This document shows, piece after piece, positions 17,545 through 25,244 of a stretch of 32,000 bases of DNA (positions are counted from its first letter, which is position 1; every line of letters begins with the position of its first letter). The DNA lies in NCBI GenBank assembly GCA_965219535.1, contig CBDCNV010000001.1, positions 1,020,001 to 1,052,000 of the forward strand, read 5' to 3'. Source of the stretch: Opitutales bacterium. GTDB lineage: Bacteria > Verrucomicrobiota > Verrucomicrobiia > Opitutales > PNEW01. A model generated the notes under the pieces. The model did not search any database and was not told the origin of the DNA. It worked only from the letters and a program-made list of their open reading frames with translations. The position numbers were made by a program, and so were the translations under genes.

Positions 17545-18210
17545 ATGATTAACCAAATAAAGCTAGCAATTTTGATTGATGGAGCGTGGTTTCATAAAGC
17601 AATCCAGCACGCAACAACGTTTAAAAAACGTGATATTACGTGTGAAATGATCTACGAAAACACTAAGAAAATAATTAACGATGATGAAGCTTTATACCGT
17701 ATATTTTATTACAATGCGATTCCTTATGACAAACAAAACGAAATAAATCCTATATCAGGAGAGAGAATAAACTTTGGTAATACAAGCCTTGCTAACGCCA
17801 TGAGAAAATTCCATGAGGATATGAATTGTAAGGCTCAAGTAGCACTTCGTTTGGGCACATTAGCAAAAAAGGGATGGGTTATTTGCCAATCGAAACAGGA
17901 TGAAATGATAGAAAATCATAAGGAATCTATGGAGATTTCCGCAAAAGATATGCATATGGTATTTGGTCAAAAAGGTGTTGATATGCGTATAGGTCTTGAT
18001 GTTGCTAGTTTAACTTTTAAAAGGCTTGTTGATAGAATAGTTATTATCTCTGGTGATACAGATTTTATTCCTGCAATGAAATTAGCAAGGAGAGAAGGTG
18101 TTCAGATAGTATCTGTTCAAATTGCTAATTATCATAAATTACCCAAAAGTATTGTTCATGATTCTGACTTTATTCGTGTTCTTACTATAGAAAAGCAGAT
18201 ATCTACATAA
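17545..18210 (+). CDS. NYN / LabA-like (PIN-related) predicted ribonuclease domain protein
   Basis: 221 aa with the motifs LAILIDGAWF, GQKGVDMRIGLDVASL and IISGDTDFIPAMKLARREG, which are characteristic of the NYN/LabA family. Confidence 0.85.
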   Translation: MINQIKLAILIDGAWFHKAIQHATTFKKRDITCEMIYENTKKIINDDEALYRIFYYNAIPYDKQNEINPISGERINFGNTSLANAMRKFHEDMNCKAQVALRLGTLAKKGWVICQSKQDEMIENHKESMEISAKDMHMVFGQKGVDMRIGLDVASLTFKRLVDRIVIISGDTDFIPAMKLARREGVQIVSVQIANYHKLPKSIVHDSDFIRVLTIEKQIST

Positions 18211-18263
18211 AAAGCGTAACGGAATCCTTATATATTCTGATATATATATTAAGGTGTATGTTT

Positions 18264-18290
18264 TTACGTATGCTGAAGGTACATACGCCT
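18264..18290 (-). repeat. Right terminal inverted repeat (plus strand TTACGTATGCTGAAGGTACATACGCCT)
   Basis: Partner of 15084-15110, with 23/27 identity by hand alignment. Confidence 0.6.
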
Positions 18291-18440
18291 ATTATAATAA
18301 ACAACTGAAGGGACGAAGACGATGACGCAGACGAAGACGAAGATTAATCCTTATCATCATACCCATTGCTCAAACAATGGGTTAAATATGTCACTCCCCT
18401 CCAGGGTGAAACATCTCGATTATTTAAGGGACGATGATAA

Positions 18441-18866
18441 TCAATCTATGAGGTCGACTCTCCTGGCATGTCTGCCGCCATCGAAAGGAACATCCAACCA
18501 TTCATTCACTATTTCGAGGGCGGTCTCTTCTGAGATCATACGTTGCCCGAGAGATAACATATTCGCGTCGTTGTGGGCACGACTTAGGTTGGCCGTTTCT
18601 ACATTCCAGCAGAGTGCGCAACGAATACCTTTAACTTTATTGGCACACATCGCTTCACCATTACCTGATCCCCCCAGAACAATGCCGCGTTCGCATTCCC
18701 CTCCAGCGACGGATTCAGCTGCGGGTCTAATGAAAAGGGGATAATCGACTGATTCATTGTTATTCGTTCCAAAGTCTTTTACGGTGTGCCCTTTGTCTAT
18801 CAAGATTGCCTTGATTGCTTCTTTATATTCAAAACCGGCATGATCTGTTCCTAAGGCGATATTCAT
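18441..18866 (-). CDS. rpiB: Ribose-5-phosphate isomerase B
   Basis: 141 aa with the motifs LGTDHAGFEYK, GIVLGGSGNGEAMCANK and GGRHARRV, as in the RpiB/LacAB family. Confidence 0.92.
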   Translation of the reverse strand: MNIALGTDHAGFEYKEAIKAILIDKGHTVKDFGTNNNESVDYPLFIRPAAESVAGGECERGIVLGGSGNGEAMCANKVKGIRCALCWNVETANLSRAHNDANMLSLGQRMISEETALEIVNEWLDVPFDGGRHARRVDLID

Positions 18867-19063
18867 AATAGGAAAAATTGGATAAGGATCAGGGAGAAAG
18901 CAATTTATTTAGGAAAAAAGTAACACCGTGTGTTGGCCCCAATTTTTTTCTTCGATTCGATTGTCATACAAGGATTGATACAAGTTGAAAGAAATAGTTT
19001 GTTTCACCACCCTCTCTTTATAAAGATTACGTAGTTTAATTATTTCTCTCTCCATTTATACAT

Positions 19064-20221
19064 GTGAAAATCATTCACCGTTACATTTTTCGGTCTGTAT
19101 TATTTTCCAGTCTCGCGGCGGTTGGTCTCTTTGTGTTTTTACTCCTCGCGGGTAATATTCTCAAGGATATCATTGGTTTATTGATGACCGGACGATTAAA
19201 CCTTCAGATGTTTCTGCAATTAATGTTACTGCTCATTCCCTATGTTGTTTCGTATGCCTTACCTTTAGGGATTTTAACGGGTTTACTGATGGCCTTAGGT
19301 CGTCTTTCAGCCCATCGAGAAGTAGTCGCATTAAAGTCAGTGGGAATTTCTATTTTTCATATAGCGACACCGGTAATAACTGTTGCACTGCTCGGGGTAG
19401 TATTATCAGCCTTGATTAATTGTTTTTATGCGCCCGAGGCGAAAACGCGTTATCGTAATCTTCTATCCAATACTGTGCGCCAGTCACCTTTGAGCTTTGT
19501 CGCCCCCAAAACTTTTATCCACGAGTTCACCGGGTACGTGCTCTACGTGGGAGAAAAAAGTGGGAACACTTTAAAGGATTTTTGGATTTGGGAACTTGAT
19601 GATAATTATAATGCGATAAAGCTACTGCGAGCTCGTGAGGGTAAATTCAATTATGACGCCAAAGGTGACGCACTGATTCTCACCTTGGTTGAAGGATTTT
19701 CAGAAATGCGCAGCGCGAGAAATCCTAATGATTTGCAAAGTATCCGGCCGACTGTTTCGTTTCGCTTAGCTCGCTTGCGATTACCGCTTGATCGTCTGCT
19801 TGGACGTAAGAGTAGTTATGTCAGCCTTTCCACTTTAAATATTAACCAGCTGATAGATCGCAAAGAAATGCTGGCGGAAAAAATTACTCAACTTGAAAAT
19901 GAAGTTGATGCGGATGAACGCAAAACAACGATTGCTGAAAAGATAAAAGTACAGATGCAGATTCAAAAAAATATTGCGATGGCATTCTCGGTACTCTCCC
20001 TGACTCTAATTGGCATACCACTAGGGATCAAAGTCAGTCGAAAAGAAACTTATGCCAATCTCGGCCTGGCGCTCGCACTTGCCATGGGTTACTATTTTCT
20101 CATCATTATGGTCGGGTGGTTGGAGAAATCACCCCAGTTACGTCCCGATCTAATTATTTGGGTGCCTAATCTCGTTTTTCAAGCAACCGGGCTCTGGTTG
20201 ATTTTCCGCGCTAACCAGTAA
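19064..20221 (+). CDS. LPS export ABC transporter permease, LptF/LptG (YjgP/YjgQ) family
   Basis: 385 aa starting MKIIHRYIFRSVLFS. It has three TM helices, a large periplasmic insert, then three more TM helices. GTG start. Confidence 0.85.
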   Translation: MKIIHRYIFRSVLFSSLAAVGLFVFLLLAGNILKDIIGLLMTGRLNLQMFLQLMLLLIPYVVSYALPLGILTGLLMALGRLSAHREVVALKSVGISIFHIATPVITVALLGVVLSALINCFYAPEAKTRYRNLLSNTVRQSPLSFVAPKTFIHEFTGYVLYVGEKSGNTLKDFWIWELDDNYNAIKLLRAREGKFNYDAKGDALILTLVEGFSEMRSARNPNDLQSIRPTVSFRLARLRLPLDRLLGRKSSYVSLSTLNINQLIDRKEMLAEKITQLENEVDADERKTTIAEKIKVQMQIQKNIAMAFSVLSLTLIGIPLGIKVSRKETYANLGLALALAMGYYFLIIMVGWLEKSPQLRPDLIIWVPNLVFQATGLWLIFRANQ

Positions 20222-20292
20222 TTGGAGGATGCTCTCTAATCGCGGCAAGATCAAAGCATTTAAAACGTTCTTTCTTTGCCTTCCTTCCTCTT

Positions 20293-20395
20293 GTCATTGC
20301 GAGGAGTGAAGCGACGAAGCAATCCAGACGGCTTACATTATGCTGCAGACATCCCCCTGGATCGCCACAGTCGGCTTCGCCTCCTTCGCGATGAC
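20293..20395. repeat. Long imperfect palindromic (REP/MITE-like) element between convergent genes
   Basis: The left arm GTCATTGCGAGGAGTGAAGCGACGAAGCAATCCAG (20293-20327) is an imperfect inverted copy of the right arm CTGGATCGCC...CTCCTTCGCGATGAC (20357-20395). Confidence 0.6.
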
Positions 20396-20468
20396 AAATG
20401 GAATCAATCGAAAATTATCGATGATGAAGACACAGCTGAATCAGTACGCTCTTATCCGAGCCTGAATT

Positions 20469-20714
20469 TTAAAGGTTCTTTCCAGGGTCGAAGGATTCGA
20501 GCTCAAGTTTGTCCTTACCTTTTTTCAGCTTGTCGATTTTTAATTCAGCATCTTTTAGACGCTTTTGACAGGCGATAAGCAGGTTATTCCCTTCTTCGAA
20601 TTTAGAGACTAATTCAGCGAGCGGAATATCCCCGCTTTCCATTGATTCAACAATTGTTTCCAGGCGTTCGAGTGATTCTTCGAAATCCGGATTATCCGAG
20701 TTTTTTGCGCTCAT
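20469..20714 (-). CDS. xseB: Exodeoxyribonuclease VII small subunit
   Basis: The sequence FEESLERLETIVESMESGDIPLAELVSKFEEGNNLLIACQKRLKDAELKI matches the XseB pattern. ATG at 20714 is preferred to the upstream TTG at 20735. Confidence 0.9.
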   Translation of the reverse strand: MSAKNSDNPDFEESLERLETIVESMESGDIPLAELVSKFEEGNNLLIACQKRLKDAELKIDKLKKGKDKLELESFDPGKNL

Positions 20715-20890
20715 AACGATTAATAGTGGTGTCAAAAGGTCAAAAAGTCAAAAAGGGAAAAGCGACTATGCGGGACAAGTGAATCTACCCAAAGTACGCT
20801 CCATATCTACACATCTACACATTTTCTCTTATTCCTAAACGTCCCGTTTTGCGCTGGCAAGATTGCGAAAGGTTTATTGAAATTATATCT

Positions 20891-22150
20891 ATGCACAGCG
20901 TATTAACGATTTTTATTATCCTCTTAGTAATCAGGCTTATTGCCGAATTGTGGCTCGATGGACTCAATCGAAAAGAAGTATTGAATAATGCACATTCGGT
21001 GCCTGATGCTTTTCGTGAATTTATTGACCCTCCAACTTATGAGAAGTCTGTCGCTTACACCTTAGCGAAGAACCAACTAAGCAAAATTGAAACGGTTTTT
21101 GATGCGACGATTCTTGCCCTTGTCATATTAAGTGGATTTTTACCCTGGGTTTATGAAGGGTTGGCCAATTATCTAGGGCATTCGATCTGGGCACAGTCTA
21201 TCATCCTGATCATTATTGGGTTCGTTTTGGGGATCCCTTCTCTTCCCCTTGAATGGTGGGATCAATTTCGGCTCGAAGAACGATTTGGTTTTAATAAAGG
21301 CACCTTGCAGCTTTGGTTGATGGATAAGGTAAAGGGTTTGCTCATCGGCTTTGTCATTGGATACCCCATGCTCTGTATTCTTCTCTGGATTGTCCACCTT
21401 CCGCATTGGTGGATATGGGCTTTCATCATTTCCTTCTGTTTTCAACTATTGATGATGGTTATTTACCCTATGTTTATTATGCCCTTGTTTAATAAATTTG
21501 AACCACTACCCGAGGGTGCCCTGCGAGAGCGTCTTCTGACCCTTGCGGACCGCACGGGGTTTAAGGCTAAAACGATTCTCGTGATGGATGGAAGCAAACG
21601 ATCTGCTCATTCGAATGCGTTTTTTACCGGCTTTGGTAAAATACGACGCATTGTTCTCTATGATACATTAATGGAGCAATTGAAACCTGAAGAACTTGAA
21701 GCTGTCTTGGCGCACGAAATCGGTCATTATAAATTAGGACATATACCTAAAATGATATTCCTCTCAGGTTTAATGATGTTGATAGGCTTTTGGGTGCTTG
21801 CCAAGCTGGCCGCCAGCACCTGGTTTTACGTCGGGTTTTCGTTTTCACTCGACAGTGATATAGCGATCGCATTTTTACTGTTTTCTCTCATAAGCGGGCT
21901 TTTTACTTTTTGGTTGTCACCCTTGTTCAACTTGAGGTCACGTAAACATGAGTTTGAGGCCGATAACTTTTCGAGCAAAGCATTAAATACCTATAAACCA
22001 TTGATTGATTCATTGAGAAAGCTTTCGGAAAAAAACCTCAGCAATCTTACCCCGCATCCGCTATACAGTCGTTTCCATTACTCACACCCGACACTTATAG
22101 AGCGGGAGTGCGCTTTGACTGAAACCCCATCTCCCGAGCTTACGACATAA
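20891..22150 (+). CDS. M48-family zinc metalloprotease, Ste24 / CAAX prenyl protease 1-like
   Basis: Multi-TM protein with HEIGHYKLGH (HExxH) and the C-terminal HPLYSRFHYSHPTLIER typical of Ste24. ATG at 20891 is preferred to the TTG at 20849. Confidence 0.88.
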   Translation: MHSVLTIFIILLVIRLIAELWLDGLNRKEVLNNAHSVPDAFREFIDPPTYEKSVAYTLAKNQLSKIETVFDATILALVILSGFLPWVYEGLANYLGHSIWAQSIILIIIGFVLGIPSLPLEWWDQFRLEERFGFNKGTLQLWLMDKVKGLLIGFVIGYPMLCILLWIVHLPHWWIWAFIISFCFQLLMMVIYPMFIMPLFNKFEPLPEGALRERLLTLADRTGFKAKTILVMDGSKRSAHSNAFFTGFGKIRRIVLYDTLMEQLKPEELEAVLAHEIGHYKLGHIPKMIFLSGLMMLIGFWVLAKLAASTWFYVGFSFSLDSDIAIAFLLFSLISGLFTFWLSPLFNLRSRKHEFEADNFSSKALNTYKPLIDSLRKLSEKNLSNLTPHPLYSRFHYSHPTLIERECALTETPSPELTT

Positions 22151-22186
22151 GTTTGGATCAGATTTAGAGAGTAAGCTGCTAATTGA

Positions 22187-23101
22187 ATGCGCACATACTT
22201 ATTATTCAAATATGGTTTCTCAGGCGCGGTAATTCTCTGGCTCAGCGTATTAACGCTGGAAGCTAAACTCATTCGAGTGGCGACACTTAATCTCTACAAC
22301 TATGTGATTACTAATCGAATGGTAGGTAGTGTTTACCGTAAAGATTACCCCAAACCCGAGGATGAGAAAGAAGCACTGAGAGAAGTCGTCATCAAGACAG
22401 AACCTGATATCCTCGCGATACAGGAAATTGGACCAAAGCCATACCTGCTGGAATTTCAGCGTGATTTACGAAGTGATGGTATCGATTATCCCTATATTAT
22501 TTTAATGGAAGCTGTAGATAAAGATCGCCACACGGGGATACTATCAAAACTTCCTTTCGATCAAGTTAAGCGCCATGATAATCTGGAATTTAAATGGTTT
22601 AACGAGAGACTTAAGGTAAAATGCGGGCTTCTTGAAATAATTTTTGAAAGTGAAAACCTACAGTGGTCGCTTTTTAATTTGCATTTAAAAAGTCGATACA
22701 CCGTCCACGAGGAGGATCCGGAAGGCCGGATTCAACGTGAAGGTGAGGCGACTGTTATCCGTAATTATATTAAAAAAAATTATATTCAGAATTCTAATCT
22801 ACACTATCTCATTGTCGGCGATTTTAACGATACGATCGGCAGCAAAACTCTGCGCCGGCTTTTAAAAAGCGGTTCTACTAAGATTGCAGATCCCGTTTCG
22901 GCCCGTGACTCTCGCGGTGAGACCTGGACCTATTACTATAAGAAAGAAGATGTGTACTCTCGGTTTGACTATATTCTCTCATCCCCGGAGATGGTGCCGT
23001 ATATCGAAAGCGCAAGTGGAACTATCGTCGATATACCGGCAATGAAGCGTGCATCAGATCATCGCCTCGTATATGTTGATATCATTATACAAGAAGAGTA
23101 A
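22187..23101 (+). CDS. Secreted endonuclease/exonuclease/phosphatase (EEP) family protein
   Basis: It has an N-terminal signal-like helix and the EEP motifs ATLNLYNY, DILAIQEIG, VGDFND and SDHRLVYVDI. Confidence 0.8.
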   Translation: MRTYLLFKYGFSGAVILWLSVLTLEAKLIRVATLNLYNYVITNRMVGSVYRKDYPKPEDEKEALREVVIKTEPDILAIQEIGPKPYLLEFQRDLRSDGIDYPYIILMEAVDKDRHTGILSKLPFDQVKRHDNLEFKWFNERLKVKCGLLEIIFESENLQWSLFNLHLKSRYTVHEEDPEGRIQREGEATVIRNYIKKNYIQNSNLHYLIVGDFNDTIGSKTLRRLLKSGSTKIADPVSARDSRGETWTYYYKKEDVYSRFDYILSSPEMVPYIESASGTIVDIPAMKRASDHRLVYVDIIIQEE

Positions 23102-23108
23102 ATCCAGA

Positions 23109-24059
23109 CTACGACGGCTGTCTGCTCTTTTCGATTTTACAATAAATGCGGCGTAATGCCTCTTCAACAGAAGGGGGCAGGGGCGGACTGAATGCTGAAT
23201 CAACATTCGCTTTCAGGTGATCGAGATTTGATGTGCCCGTGACAATTACATGTATGGCTTTTTGATTAGCGACATATTTGATGCCACGGTCCGCTAAGAC
23301 CACCGTGCCCTCTTTGATCCAGTGATATATCGGGTCACTTTCAGATAATGCTTCCTGTCCCAGTATCCCTTCATCCTTATAAGTGTTAATCCAATTAATC
23401 AAATCATGTGGATCGTAGAATGGTTTTCTCACCGGTGACATGCATAAGAGGCCGGGATCATTTATTGAACTTTTTGGAAAGATACGTCGCTCAGGTCCCT
23501 GAATGCACATGTTATAACGAAACATAAATACATCAAATAAATCAGTCTCAATGGCCTGTGATATTGTAGACTGATCGAGATCCCCCCACATATGCTCACT
23601 CACACCGAGGAATTGTATCATTCCCTCTTCTTTCAATCGGACAAAAGTTGGATACAGCCTATCGATCGCTTCCCGGTAGTGCTCCGGTTTAAGACCATGG
23701 AGTAAGACGATATCTAATCTATCCGTATTAAGGCGTTTCAAGCTGCGTTCGACCGAGGAGACCATTTTTTCAGGTGCTTTCAGAAGCGCTTCACCGTCAT
23801 TAACCTGAATTTTGGTGCAAATAATACTGGGAGTTATCAGCTTTGCCTCTTTAAGCGCACTGCCTAAGATCGCTTCAGTGTTTCCATAAGCGGGAGAAGT
23901 GTCGAAAAAATTTATACCCAAGTCCAATGCGCGATAGATAATTTGATGGGCCTGGGATTCAGTCATTCCCAGTTTTTGCCCCAATCGGGAGTCACCCCCC
24001 GTTCCTAAACCGACACGTGATACCCGTAGACCAGTCCTTCCTAAACGAACGAATTCCAT
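23109..24059 (-). CDS. Aldo/keto reductase family oxidoreductase
   Basis: 316 aa with the N-terminus MEFVRLGRTGLRVSRVGLGTG, the motifs FFDTSPAYGN and LHGL, and AKR length. Confidence 0.88.
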   Translation of the reverse strand: MEFVRLGRTGLRVSRVGLGTGGDSRLGQKLGMTESQAHQIIYRALDLGINFFDTSPAYGNTEAILGSALKEAKLITPSIICTKIQVNDGEALLKAPEKMVSSVERSLKRLNTDRLDIVLLHGLKPEHYREAIDRLYPTFVRLKEEGMIQFLGVSEHMWGDLDQSTISQAIETDLFDVFMFRYNMCIQGPERRIFPKSSINDPGLLCMSPVRKPFYDPHDLINWINTYKDEGILGQEALSESDPIYHWIKEGTVVLADRGIKYVANQKAIHVIVTGTSNLDHLKANVDSAFSPPLPPSVEEALRRIYCKIEKSRQPS

Positions 24060-24121
24060 TTTATCTATATATGATTCAAGTAAATGTTACTTGGATAAAT
24101 AGAGAGTTACTACTAAAATTA

Positions 24122-25171
24122 TTATTGAGATGGGCTACTATTATCACGCCACTTTACGCCTAACCCCGGTTTATCGAATGGACTAAGACAACCGTCTATA
24201 AGTTCGGGCACACCTTCCACCGCGGAATCGCTTTTTACGCCAGCGGTACCTATTTCGGCCCGTGGACATTGCATCGCCGTAACCAGATGAAGTCCCCAAA
24301 CTTCTCCTCCACGGTGAGGAATGACAGTGACACCATTCTTATTCGCTAAGTCGCATATTTTTTTTGCTTCTGTGATTCCGCCGCACCAGGACACATCAGG
24401 TTGTATAATGTGAGCAGCTTTCCGGTCTATTAATTCCAGGAAACCGTATTGAGTGAATTCGTGTTCACCGGTGGCTATCTGCGTTGAACTCACTTCGCTC
24501 GTCAATTGGGTGTACCCATTGTAGTCGTCTGCAATAAGTGGTTCTTCAATCCACTTCAAATTATAGGGTGCCAGTTGTTCAGCCATCTCAAGTGTATAGT
24601 CGACATTCCATCCCATCCAGCAGTCGAGCATTAACTCTGCTTCACTTCCAATTTGTTCACGCGCGTTCGCGACTCGCTCCACATTTCGTCGCATACCTTC
24701 GGTACCGTCCGCGGGGCTCGCTACTTTTGAAATTTTAAAAGCGCGAAACCCGGAGTCTATATTCGCGCCGATATTTTCACCCGTAGCGTAAGCGAGCACC
24801 GGAGTATTTTTTGTGCTGCCGAGACATTCGTATACGGGTACATTTTTTATCTTACCAATTAAATCCCAAAGCGCGATATCAACTCCACTGATGGCCATAA
24901 CGGCGATCCCCTTACGACCGTAAGCGATAGTCTCCCAGCACATCTCTTCCCACAATTGTTCAACATCAAATGGGTCGCGTCCTATAAGGATCTTAGGGAG
25001 TGCATGTTTGACGATCTCAATTGCAGCGACTCCGCCCCCGCCGGCCCCTATGCCTATAAGTCCTTCATCGGTATGTATTTCCACACCAAAATTCCAGAAT
25101 TTATCACGCCAACCCCCGGGGGCCGGTTGATAATTGGGATAAAAAGGCAAGACCTCAGTAATTTTCATCAA
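24122..25171 (-). CDS. Enolase-superfamily acid-sugar dehydratase, L-rhamnonate dehydratase-like
   Basis: The segments LMLDCWMGWNVDYTLEMAEQLAPYNLKWIEEP, ATGEHE, IIQPDVSWCGGIT and VIPHRG closely parallel my recollection of the E. coli RhamD sequence. Confidence 0.8.
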   Translation of the reverse strand: MMKITEVLPFYPNYQPAPGGWRDKFWNFGVEIHTDEGLIGIGAGGGGVAAIEIVKHALPKILIGRDPFDVEQLWEEMCWETIAYGRKGIAVMAISGVDIALWDLIGKIKNVPVYECLGSTKNTPVLAYATGENIGANIDSGFRAFKISKVASPADGTEGMRRNVERVANAREQIGSEAELMLDCWMGWNVDYTLEMAEQLAPYNLKWIEEPLIADDYNGYTQLTSEVSSTQIATGEHEFTQYGFLELIDRKAAHIIQPDVSWCGGITEAKKICDLANKNGVTVIPHRGGEVWGLHLVTAMQCPRAEIGTAGVKSDSAVEGVPELIDGCLSPFDKPGLGVKWRDNSSPSQ

Positions 25172-25244
25172 GCCTCATTCAAGAAATTACTGAATCGATT
25201 TCTCTTTAACGTGAATGAACTTATCCCGAGATATTATTAATTAA

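Larger units (their letters stand above)
15084..18290 (-). mobile_element. AT-rich 3.2 kb IR-bounded element: candidate cargo-carrying IS1595-family transposon
   Basis: 27-bp imperfect terminal inverted repeats (23/27 identical) sit at 15084-15110 and 18264-18290. ATTATA lies immediately outside both ends (15078-15083, 18291-18296). There is an intact DDE transposase inside and a sharp drop in GC relative to the flanks. Confidence 0.55.

Noticed and set aside
18322-18744. 140-aa plus-strand ORF
   Set aside because: It is antisense to the well-supported rpiB gene, and its 5' part runs through the GACGAAGAC low-complexity spacer. The translation has no recognisable features.
20276-20578. 100-aa plus-strand ORF (..SLRGVKRRSNPDG..)
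   Set aside because: It is the translation of the palindromic REP/MITE-like element plus the antisense strand of xseB. This is a typical repeat-derived pseudo-ORF.
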